Positions 1-9,900 of a stretch of DNA of 64,000 nt are shown here, one piece after another; positions within the stretch are counted from its first letter, which is position 1, and each line of letters opens with the position of its first letter. This stretch comes from a virus (lineage: Duplodnaviria > Caudoviricetes), in IMG/VR virus record IMGVR_UViG_3300020419_001132; one strand, 5' to 3'. The notes below the pieces were generated by a model. It was not told where the DNA came from. It saw nothing but the letters and a program-made list of their open reading frames with translations, and did no database searches. The translations under genes and the position numbers were made by a program.

Positions 1-2284
1 CAATCCAAGTTCTGTCATCTGCAGGACCCCATCCTGGATCTAAACTACAGAATGATCCGCCTGTTGGCCTTTGGAGAATTAATGATGTTCCTGTTGGAGA
101 TAGTACTCCTGACAATCCTTCTATAGTACAGTTTCTCAATCCTGTAATGTCTCTTAAGTAAAACATATCTTCTAGTTGTGAACCATTTGTTTGGTTTACA
201 TAATATCTAGCAGACTGTACAGTTGCATAATTTCCAGGGTAGCGTAAGTCGTATCTAATTCCTCTAATAAATTGATTTACATCAGCTTCTATTCTTGCAT
301 CTGTAAACACATACTCTGGAGAAGTGCTTTTAATGTAAGCTACTGCTTCTGCTTGTAAAAATTTTGTATTAACTCTTAGTATCTCACTTGCTCTAATTCT
401 AGCAATTTCACTGGTTAATGTATTTGTTCCTGTTATTGATGGCTGTGTTGATCCACTTAAAATTTTATAACTAAGATACTCTGTAATATCTGCTACTAAA
501 CTTCCAAATATAGCTGTTAAGTCACCTGTACTTGCAGATTGTGTTTTATCTTGTGCTACTGTATTACCTGTAGTTACTGTTATATCTTGATTTAAAAACA
601 AATCGTTTATAATAGTTGTAAATCTAGTTAAGTAAGAAAATGTTGTTGAAGTATCTCCTGTATATTCAGTTACAGGACTATTTGCAACAACCGTCACAGA
701 ACGCAGTTCGTCGCCCATTACCACCGTGTATCTAGGTACAACAATAGGACAAGTTTCTATATACCTACCTGTAGATACGTTAACCTTACATGGTCCTGTA
801 ATATTATCTTCAACGTATTGACATGCAAACCTAATAGTTTTGAAAGGATATCTCATATCAATACCTCTTACTATTCCGCCAGTTGTGCTATAGTCGTCGA
901 CTCCTGTTGGAGATACATATACTACTGTAACTTCTGTTGTAAATAAATCTCTATAGTATAAATCTGGATCAGTAGTCAATTCATTTCTTATAGATAACAC
1001 TTGATTTGTTGTTCCTATTGGAACATTGGTAGGACCCATGCTACTTCCATCAACCAACTTATCATATGTTAAGATGTCTCCAGGTGCGTTTAGACCAAAA
1101 TTTCCTGTAGTCATTGCTAGTATAGACCACCATGGATATCCGCTACCGTTTCCAGGAAAATTAATTGTTGATGAAGTATGCGGTTGTGTACACTCGTACA
1201 ATATACCATAATATGTTACAACTTCACCCTTTGAGTAACTTATAGAATTATAATTCCAGTAATTTGCAAATTTATCTCCTGGAACTATAAGTTCCCATTT
1301 AGTTGTATCTGTATAATCAGTTAAAACAGCATCTGTACTATCGTTTTCTCGCTTGATTGTAACTAGAGCTTTATATAATTCACCGCCTCTTCTTACAAGG
1401 TCACCTGGTGCATAATCGCTTTCAATATTCCAATCACCTCTAAAATTATAAGAATAAAGCATTTTTATAAAATACACTACACTATCGAACCCTGTATTAG
1501 TTGGTTCTATTCCTCTAATAGGATTAGTTACATAGTATAGATCTCCACCGTACCTTACTATATCACCTGTTGCATAATCTGTTGCTCCGCTATATTCTTG
1601 TACATCGTTGAATCCAGGTAATTCTATGTCGTATAAATTTTGGTCAAAATTTGCAGTTGTAATATGTGTTGTCTTGACTCTAAAGATGGAACCGCCAAAT
1701 TTGACTAAATCATTTTTTCTGTAAGTTGTAGCTGTTGTCCAGTTACCAGCAAAATAAATTCCATCATGAAATACTTGCCAACTTGCAATATCGTCTTCTA
1801 AGTATGTTTGCGAAGTATGGGCTGTAATACACTTGTAAAGTATTCCATTATATTTTACAATAGCACCTGGGCCGTATCCTATAGCAGTTGTCCAGTCTGT
1901 TTGAAACTCAGTTCCTTGTGCAATAATAGTCCAGTCAGTTGCGTTTGCTTGAAAAGTTGTAGATAAATGCCCTAGGTTACAAAAGTATACAGTACCATCA
2001 AAGGTTACAATATCGCCTTCTTGATACTGTGTAGCTGTGACCCATGATCCAATCCATCTTCTGCCGTCTGTCTGTAGAACCCATTTGGGCTGTGGTACCG
2101 GAGGACTACTACCAGGAACTGTAGCTTTTAAATCAGTGTTGAAGTCTGCACTAGATGTATGTGTAATTAAACACACATAAGTTTTACCACCTACGTTAAC
2201 AACATCATCACGATTATAAGCATTACCGTTTGACCAAACGCCTTTCCAGTTATACTTAAATCGTTCTAGTTTAAACTCTGACAT
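1..2284 (-). CDS. Large virion/tail protein with repeated Trp-containing carbohydrate-binding-like (CBM5/12-type) modules; runs off the left edge
   Basis: Not in the ORF track because it has no stop in the window. ATG at 2284 with AAGGAG RBS at 2291-2296. Reads MSEFKLERFKYNWKGVWSNGNAYNRDDVVNVGGKTYVC..., with recurring W-x(3-4)-Y-x(2)-GD/DxVxY/FxG units. Confidence 0.8.
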   Translation of the reverse strand, partial: MSEFKLERFKYNWKGVWSNGNAYNRDDVVNVGGKTYVCLITHTSSADFNTDLKATVPGSSPPVPQPKWVLQTDGRRWIGSWVTATQYQEGDIVTFDGTVYFCNLGHLSTTFQANATDWTIIAQGTEFQTDWTTAIGYGPGAIVKYNGILYKCITAHTSQTYLEDDIASWQVFHDGIYFAGNWTTATTYRKNDLVKFGGSIFRVKTTHITTANFDQNLYDIELPGFNDVQEYSGATDYATGDIVRYGGDLYYVTNPIRGIEPTNTGFDSVVYFIKMLYSYNFRGDWNIESDYAPGDLVRRGGELYKALVTIKRENDSTDAVLTDYTDTTKWELIVPGDKFANYWNYNSISYSKGEVVTYYGILYECTQPHTSSTINFPGNGSGYPWWSILAMTTGNFGLNAPGDILTYDKLVDGSSMGPTNVPIGTTNQVLSIRNELTTDPDLYYRDLFTTEVTVVYVSPTGVDDYSTTGGIVRGIDMRYPFKTIRFACQYVEDNITGPCKVNVSTGRYIETCPIVVPRYTVVMGDELRSVTVVANSPVTEYTGDTSTTFSYLTRFTTIINDLFLNQDITVTTGNTVAQDKTQSASTGDLTAIFGSLVADITEYLSYKILSGSTQPSITGTNTLTSEIARIRASEILRVNTKFLQAEAVAYIKSTSPEYVFTDARIEADVNQFIRGIRYDLRYPGNYATVQSARYYVNQTNGSQLEDMFYLRDITGLRNCTIEGLSGVLSPTGTSLILQRPTGGSFCSLDPGWGPADDRTWI

Positions 2285-2294
2285 TCATATCTCC

Positions 2295-2669
2295 TTAGTA
2301 TCCCGGTGCCGATGTGCCTGTAGGATATGTATGTTTTTCACTAACTTTTAATACTAGATATCCTTCATCATCAACATAATAAAGTAAAGATCTATTATCC
2401 CATTTTAATTGTTGATATCTTAAATTATCATACACAATATCGTGCGTTTCGTTAATCCCATCTAAGTAACTAATACCTTCTTCAAAATCTGGAAAGTTTC
2501 CTGATGCTTCACCTACTTCGTTAATTGTAATTGCATCAGATCCACCTTTTTGCTGATCTGATTTTAACAAAAATAACTCACCATCTGTATTCCTACGCAT
2601 TCCGTAAAAATAACGTTTAATAAAACTATTAATAACGTCTGCTGGTCCTGTTCCTATATAATAACTCAT
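2295..2669 (-). CDS. Hypothetical virion-associated protein (124 aa)
   Basis: ORF tightly coupled to both neighbours in the fibre operon. Confidence 0.7.
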   Translation of the reverse strand: MSYYIGTGPADVINSFIKRYFYGMRRNTDGELFLLKSDQQKGGSDAITINEVGEASGNFPDFEEGISYLDGINETHDIVYDNLRYQQLKWDNRSLLYYVDDEGYLVLKVSEKHTYPTGTSAPGY

Positions 2670-2998
2670 TATGTTGTCTCCACGTAACTAACAATTACAT
2701 CAACAGCATCGTCTGCACTTGCTTTTACTTTTAATTTATTATTGATTCCTAAAACCAATTTTTCTCCTGTAGAAACTGCTCTTAAACTTGATCCTTCAGC
2801 TAATAGAGCTTCTTTTAAATAGTAACCTGATACAGAAGTGTCATCATCTAAAAGAACATCAATATATAAAAACCCGTCTGTAAGGTTAGTAATACTTAGT
2901 CCTAGTATGGTTTGACGCTTACTAGCATCGGTTTCAGAAACAATTACTGGAACTGTTCCTACATTTTTTATTACGCTGTTTTTTACTTGTACTGCCAT
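2669..2998 (-). CDS. Small beta-rich virion protein (109 aa), paralog-like to 12642-12974
   Basis: Coupled ORF; same size and similar C-terminus (IVSYVE vs MVSYLE) as 12642-12974. Confidence 0.7.
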   Translation of the reverse strand: MAVQVKNSVIKNVGTVPVIVSETDASKRQTILGLSITNLTDGFLYIDVLLDDDTSVSGYYLKEALLAEGSSLRAVSTGEKLVLGINNKLKVKASADDAVDVIVSYVETT

Positions 2999-3001
2999 TT
3001 T

Positions 3002-6000
3002 TTATCCTGCTATCAAAGCCATTTCTATTGCTAATTCTTTTGCTTGTCCAAAGTTAATTCCGCCTGCACTACCTGCAACACTTGTCCAACTTGTTCCGTC
3101 ATATAATTCAACTCTTGTATCATCAGTATTATATCTTATCATTCCTGTTGCATTGGCTCCTCTAGAGCCTGTATCTCCTACAGGTAAAACAACTCCTAAA
3201 GTTCCTTGAAATTGCACATATCCTGTGCCTGTATTTTGGAAAGTAGTTAAACTATCTGTCACCGTATTTGTTATAGTTCCGCCACTAATACCAAAATTTT
3301 CAAATTTTACCTGGCCTGTGCCATTAGCAGAAAACTGAAGATCTGTATCTGTAGTAGTAGTACTTATCACATTTCCATTAATATTAATATCGTCTACTTG
3401 TAGCTGTGGTACTTCAAACTTGGTGCTATCTATAGTTCCAACTACTGAGCCACCTACATAAAATCTTATAATATTATCATTAGCGCCTGGTGTAAGCTCT
3501 GGAGTAATCTTAGTATTACCGTCTAGGTCCTGTAAACCTGTTAAGTTATACCAATTAGATCCATCGTAGCCTTCAAATTTATTTAAATCTGTATTATATC
3601 TAACTTGTCCTGCTCCTGCACTATTGTCTCTCTGTGCAGTAGTTCCTTTTGCTAGTGTTACAGAACCTGTGCCATTTACTATAATACTCTCTCCAGCGGG
3701 AGACAAAGTAATAGTAGTATCAGAACTTATTGTACTACCGTTAATGGATAAATCTTCTACAACAACACTACCTGAACCAGATGCTCTCAGGTCTAAGTCG
3801 CTGTTAGAAGTTGTCGTTGTAATGTAGTTGTCTTTAATTAAAATATCAGTTGTAGCAAATTCAATACCAGTAATTGTACTAGATGTTTGGAAATTGTTTG
3901 CAGTAATAGTTCCGTTAATTTGCAAATCTTTAGTTATGAGGACATCGTTTGAGGGAACTCCAATAACACCCGTACCACTTGCTTTTAATTCTAAAGGAGA
4001 ATTACTAGCAGTTGTTGTAATAAAGTTACCTGATATTAGAATATCTTCAAGTTGAACATTGGCGTTGGTTGATAGTGTTCCGTTTACAGTGGCGTTACCG
4101 TTAACAGTTGTGTTTCCTGTCTGTGTAATAGAACCATTAATTGTTGCGTTACCATTTATATTTACTGCTTGAAATGTTGATGTTCCATTAACAATTAGAT
4201 CATTTGTTATTTCTAATGTGTTATTTGGTACAGTAACTTTGCCTGTTCCATTAGCAGATAATTCTAAATTTGCATTTGAATTTGTAGTTGTAATTCTATT
4301 TGTGTTAATATTAATATCGTCAACTTGAATTTCGTCTATGTGTAAATTATTCCATCTTAATGCAGGATCTCCTAAATTATATGTGCTATTGATATTAGGA
4401 ATCAAAGGAGAATTTATCCTTGCAATAATAGCAATGTCTACAGAAGAAGTATCACCTAATTGTATGTCACCGCCAATGGTTACGTTACCTGTAACATCTA
4501 AAGATCCTTGAATTTGTACATTGTCTTGCAAGGTAATTTGGCCTGATGCGGCATCAAGTTGTAAGTCTCCAGCTGTAGTCGATAGTGTATTTCCAGTTAA
4601 TCTTAAATTTCCTGTATCAATTTTGGATCCAGATATTTCTGTTGTGTTAACACCATCCGTAAATATAGCTCCTGCTGACAGATCAATGTTTAATGTGTTA
4701 CCTGCAAAGTTTACAGCACCTGTTTCTTGGTTGACATGAAACAAATCTCCTACTCTAAAGTCTCCTTTATGGTCTACACTACTGAACCTTATCTTTGCAT
4801 CATTAGTTGTAATTACTTCATTACCTTGTACTGTTAGTGTAGGATCATTAGTGACTTGCTCATTAGAGCCTACGTATGCAACATTATGTCCTATTGCATA
4901 AACAAGAACACCCGGTCCGTCTCCTACTAATCCTTGCTCACCGTATACAGAGGCAGATGCAATAGTTCTTATTTCTGCGCCAAAGTCTTTAACATCAACA
5001 TTTAATATAGTAGTTGCTGTTGCTCCGCTTCCATTTGAAATACTCTGCGGCGATGTATCAAATCCTATTAGATTAGTATTCTTGCCATCAACAACTAGAA
5101 TATCTCCGTCTACGCTTTCAGCAGTTACTGAAACTACAGTTGAAGCATCTCTAGATGTGAATGTAACAGTATTTCCTGCGGCAAATGTTCCTGATACTCC
5201 GCCTAATCTAATCCTAGTTTTTCCGTCAGATTTTTTTCCTATACCACTGTCAAATGCATATATGCTTCTTTTTGCAAAATATGTAAAACAGTTTAACCAT
5301 TCTACCCTTGCACCATTAGTACAACTTAAAGCATTTACTCCTGGTGTAATAAAAGTTACAGAATGGAATAACATACTAGCTTCTTTGGAAGCACTTTCTG
5401 CGTAAGATCCGTCAACCAATGCACCTTTACCTGCATCACCACTAAAGTAACCTCTTGGATCACTAGCTGATACAGTTCTGCCTTTAGTTATTACAGTAAT
5501 GTTTCTAATATATGGTGAACGACTAGTTACTGTATAACCTGTTGCAAACCTAAATGCATAACCGTTGTTAGGATAAGTTTTATTTGTACCACTACAACTA
5601 AAAACAAATCCTTTTAGCATAATCGCCGTTCCGGATGTAGGAACAGTACCACTATAAGTTATAGTTAATTCTCCTGTAGCATTATTGTATGTTGCTCCTG
5701 TTGCACTAACTTCGCTTGAAAAAGAAGTATCATTAAGTACACCGCCACTTACATATGCATGTGCCTGTGGTGCTGTTGCTAAAGTAACTACAACACTTCC
5801 GGTTGATCCTCCTCCTGATGTTACAGTAAATCTATCATAACCACTGTAAAAATCCATGATGGTTACATCTTCAACTGTGCTTTCTCCGTTTAATAAAAAT
5901 GCATCTTTTGTTTCTGTAGCACTTGTAGGTTTGATTGTAACACTTCTTAAACTTGCACCTCTAACTGTTACACCAACCGGTACAGTCATTGGAAAAGCTT

Positions 6001-6805
6001 CTGTATATGTACCAGCGTTTATGTAAATCATATCTCCACTTACGGCAACGCTTAGTGCTTTTGTAATTGAACCATATGGATCTTGTGGATGTATACCTAT
6101 GTTTGAATCAGCACCATTTTCGGCTACGTAAATTGTATTTCCTGGTGCTTGTGTAATATCAGGTATACCTGATAATGCTAACGAACTAGTAGTTACGCTA
6201 TCAGCATTAAAGTTTTTTACATATGCATTTCTCCATCTTTTTGATACTGAACCTATGTCAAAAGATGTAGTTGCGTTAGGCGTAAGATTACTAGCAATAT
6301 CTGCATTAAAAGTGATAGTGTCTGTATCAGCATCTCCTAATACAATGTCGCCATCTGCAGATATATTTCCTGTAGCATGTATATTACCTGTTACGTTTAG
6401 GTTGGAATTAATATTAATGGCGCCTACGCCATTTGGTCTAAAGTTTAAATTAGCATTACTATCTATTGTGCTAATTGTATCTCCGTCAAACTTTAGTCCG
6501 TCAACAATAGCTTTTTTTTGATACACTACATTATCTGCTGTGCCTAAAACTAGTTCATTTTTTGATGTTTGAATTGTGTTACCGTTTATGTTGACATCTG
6601 CTATATCAACTCCGCTTGTAACTACTAAATTTGTTGTTCTTGTGGTCCCGCTTACATCTAGTGCATATTGTGGATTTGAGGTGTTGATGCCAATACGTTT
6701 GTTATTGACGTCCAAGTAAAGTAAGTCCGTATCAAAAGCTAAATCAATCCCGTTACGGATTAAGTTAGGTTTTAAGAGCGGACCAGATATTCGACCAACT
6801 GCCAT
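3002..6805 (-). CDS. Tail fibre/spike-like protein (1267 aa) with a parallel beta-helix (pectin-lyase-like) domain
   Basis: IYVAENGADSN..G..P..SITKAL beta-helix start, repeated TT.SNS.LEL.A.GTG units, two GT/GD-T..R motifs; RBS AAGGAG upstream. Confidence 0.8.
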   Translation of the reverse strand: MAVGRISGPLLKPNLIRNGIDLAFDTDLLYLDVNNKRIGINTSNPQYALDVSGTTRTTNLVVTSGVDIADVNINGNTIQTSKNELVLGTADNVVYQKKAIVDGLKFDGDTISTIDSNANLNFRPNGVGAININSNLNVTGNIHATGNISADGDIVLGDADTDTITFNADIASNLTPNATTSFDIGSVSKRWRNAYVKNFNADSVTTSSLALSGIPDITQAPGNTIYVAENGADSNIGIHPQDPYGSITKALSVAVSGDMIYINAGTYTEAFPMTVPVGVTVRGASLRSVTIKPTSATETKDAFLLNGESTVEDVTIMDFYSGYDRFTVTSGGGSTGSVVVTLATAPQAHAYVSGGVLNDTSFSSEVSATGATYNNATGELTITYSGTVPTSGTAIMLKGFVFSCSGTNKTYPNNGYAFRFATGYTVTSRSPYIRNITVITKGRTVSASDPRGYFSGDAGKGALVDGSYAESASKEASMLFHSVTFITPGVNALSCTNGARVEWLNCFTYFAKRSIYAFDSGIGKKSDGKTRIRLGGVSGTFAAGNTVTFTSRDASTVVSVTAESVDGDILVVDGKNTNLIGFDTSPQSISNGSGATATTILNVDVKDFGAEIRTIASASVYGEQGLVGDGPGVLVYAIGHNVAYVGSNEQVTNDPTLTVQGNEVITTNDAKIRFSSVDHKGDFRVGDLFHVNQETGAVNFAGNTLNIDLSAGAIFTDGVNTTEISGSKIDTGNLRLTGNTLSTTAGDLQLDAASGQITLQDNVQIQGSLDVTGNVTIGGDIQLGDTSSVDIAIIARINSPLIPNINSTYNLGDPALRWNNLHIDEIQVDDININTNRITTTNSNANLELSANGTGKVTVPNNTLEITNDLIVNGTSTFQAVNINGNATINGSITQTGNTTVNGNATVNGTLSTNANVQLEDILISGNFITTTASNSPLELKASGTGVIGVPSNDVLITKDLQINGTITANNFQTSSTITGIEFATTDILIKDNYITTTTSNSDLDLRASGSGSVVVEDLSINGSTISSDTTITLSPAGESIIVNGTGSVTLAKGTTAQRDNSAGAGQVRYNTDLNKFEGYDGSNWYNLTGLQDLDGNTKITPELTPGANDNIIRFYVGGSVVGTIDSTKFEVPQLQVDDININGNVISTTTTDTDLQFSANGTGQVKFENFGISGGTITNTVTDSLTTFQNTGTGYVQFQGTLGVVLPVGDTGSRGANATGMIRYNTDDTRVELYDGTSWTSVAGSAGGINFGQAKELAIEMALIAG

Positions 6806-6920
6806 CTCTTCTCCTTAAGCGGGGATCCTGTCCCTCCAGTCTGATTTTCAGCTAATGCTCTTTGCCGACTGACCACAGTTTGGACTGCCAGTAATTGGTC
6901 AATTATCATGGCATTAACAT
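6806..6920 (-). ncRNA. Putative structured 5' leader (cis-regulatory RNA) of the 1267-aa fibre gene
   Basis: GC-rich segment between a late promoter and the RBS. Hand-paired stems CAGUC/GACUG, CUGA-AAA-UCAG and GGGA-CAGGA-UCCC. Confidence 0.5.
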
Positions 6921-6928
6921 TATTTATC
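6921..6928 (-). promoter_or_regulatory. T4-type late promoter (GATAAATA)
   Basis: Matches the TATAAATA-like gp55 consensus in an intergenic position. Confidence 0.65.
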
Positions 6929-6950
6929 GTTTTATGTGATATAGGGTCTA

Positions 6951-9900
6951 TTACCCAAAGATAAGCGTCTGTTCGAAGTTGATATCTTCAGCATCATTTA
7001 GTGGAACTGTTTCAATAAAACCTGCTGAATTTTCCCATACAGAACCAGTATAAACTTCCATTCTTGAAAGCGTTGTGTTAAATCTCAACTGTCCTTGTGT
7101 TGATGGATTACCTAGGTTCTCTGGACGCTGAGCTGTTGTCCCTACAGGAATTACAATACCTGTACTACCGCCAAACTGTGAATAACCCTCTCCTGTAGAT
7201 GCAAAAGAAATATTTCCGTCTGATGCTGTGTTGATAAATTTGTTATCCTCAAATTTCATCACAGTACCTACAAAAATATTGCCGTTTCCGTTTGGTTTAA
7301 GTTCTAAGTCTGAGTTTGAAACTACTGTGGTAATTGTGTTCCCGTTAACAAGTGTTTCTCCATCTGTTTGTAAGCCGTTGTGACTGAATTTAGTTGCATC
7401 TATTGTTCCAGAAGATACGCTATTAATAGTAATATCAATTTGATCTGATGTAGGATGTACTAATAGTTTTGTAGTTCTGTTATCAGAATATAATCCATTA
7501 AAGCCTTCCCAGCCTGTAGAATATGCTTCGAAAATACTATCTGTTGTGTTATACCTAAATTGTCCTGCTGTTGCTGTGCCCCTTTCTGCTGTAGTACCAC
7601 GTGGAATACGTATGCTTTTATTTGCAGATGATACATCAACATGTGGTGCTGAAAATGTAATATTCTCAGTTGGATATAAAGGTGCATTAGTCAAATTGGT
7701 GCCATCAAATTTTAATTTTTGTGCTATAACTGATTTGCCTGGATATGGTCTAAGTTCTAAATTGCTGTTTGAGTTGCTGGTTTCAATAACATTTTGATAA
7801 AGTTGCAGATCACCAGTAGTAAAGTCAGCAGTAACTCTAGTAAAATTACTTGCTCCAATCTTAAGTGTTCCGTTAACTGTTGCATTGTTATTGAAGTTTG
7901 TATTATTAGAAAATAATATATTACCTGTTCCACTTGCACGTAATTCTAAATCTGCATTGGAATCTGTAGTTCTAATATTGTTCATATCAAATGTAATTGA
8001 ATCAAATGATATTGGTCCGTTAATAGACATTGTTGTTGCAGTTAAATCATTAAATATATAATTTTGATTAACAATAATATCGCCTGTAGTAGTAATACCT
8101 TGTGTACTAAAATTATTAAAAGTCATGGTGCCAGTAGGTGGTGTAGACATTTCCTTAACTTCTAATGTATTGCCAGGAACTATAACTTTGCCTGATCCGT
8201 TTGCAACTAATTCTAAATCAGCATTTGAAACCACAGTCGAAATTTTTGTGTCTACCATGTTTATATCAGCTACATTAATTTGAGAAAAATATCCTTCTTT
8301 CCATTTTAATGCATTTGTTCCTAGGTCGTGTGTTCCACTTACTGAAGGATTTAAATCACTACCAATATTTGCTCCTAATACAAGTGTGTTACCTATTTGT
8401 TCTCCTATGTAAGCAAATCCACCACCAATGGAAATTCCTTGATCTAAAACAAAATTCTGCGTCATGTTAACATTATCTAGAAACTTTATCATATTCATGT
8501 TAGAATAGCTGTTTAAATTTAGATCCAAGTTTACTGTTTCTAATGTTTGTCCTTTGAGTCTAAAATCTCCAACTTCTATTCTGTCAGGATATAATTCTGT
8601 AGAATTTCCACCGGTTGTCAATATCAAAGAATTTAAATTGGCAAATTCTGCTGAGGATAAATTTAGGCTTGTTGTTCCGTCTTCTTGATTGACGTGAAAA
8701 ACATCTCCTACTCTAAAATTACCTGAATGATCTTGTGAACTAAAAAATACTTTAGCAGAATTAGCCTTTACTACTTCCTGAGATTGTATTGCTCTGCTAG
8801 GGTCGTTGTCGACAAATTTTCCTGCGCCTATATATGCAAGATTATGATTAATTGCATAAATTAAAACATCTGCACCATCACCTTTTATGCCTGTGTTTCC
8901 ATACACACATGCACTTGCAATACTTCTTAATTCTGCTCCATACTTTGTTGTGCTTCCGTCTGATGATAAATGTCCTGTACTGCCATTTTTACAATGTATG
9001 CCTATATTTGCAAAATATGTAAAGCAATTTAACCATTCAACACGCACACCGTTGGTGCATGTTAATGCATCTACTCCTGGTGTTATAAATGTTACTGAAT
9101 GGAACAACATACTTGCTTCTTCACTGGTATTAAGAACTGCCGCACCGTCTACCAATGCACCTCTACCAGCATCTCCACTTGCAAAGCCTCTTGGATCACT
9201 TGCACTTGTAGTTGTTCCTTGTGTTATCACTGTAATATTTTGTATATACGGACTTCTTGTTGTTATTGTAGAGTTGGGTGCAAATCTAAAAGCATAACCA
9301 GTATCTCCTGAACTATCATAGTAAAAATCTTTGACTGTTAAATTTTGTACTGTAGTTTCACCTGTTAAATGAAATACATCATTACTCTGATATGCACTTT
9401 CTGGTCTAACAGTTGTGTTACGCATGTCTTCACCTGTAATTGTAACATTACTTGGAACAACAAGTGGAGTCACCTCTTCATAACCTCCTGCAAATACTCT
9501 AATAGTAACTGGTCCAGCAGTACTAGCATCTGCGGCATCTAAAGCACGTTTTATTGTTTTGAAAGGCCCATACGGTGTTGTTCCCGAATTGGTGTCGTTT
9601 CCATTATGCTGTGCTACGTAAAATGTATTTCCAACATCTAATCCTATATTCTGAATTGTATTTCCAGGAGGAGATGTATCGTAAAACATCATGTATCCAC
9701 CCGGTTTAGTTGTTTGGTTTGTCCTACCCCCTTCTGACATTGCAAATATATGATTGCCGTCTATTCTAACTCTAGCACCAAAATTTTCTGAGAAAAAATA
9801 TGAACTTATACGGGTACTTGATGTACCAGTGCCTGCATAAGTCTGTAGTCCTGATTGATACCATGCGGCTGGACTTCTACTTAATAAATCACCTGTACTG

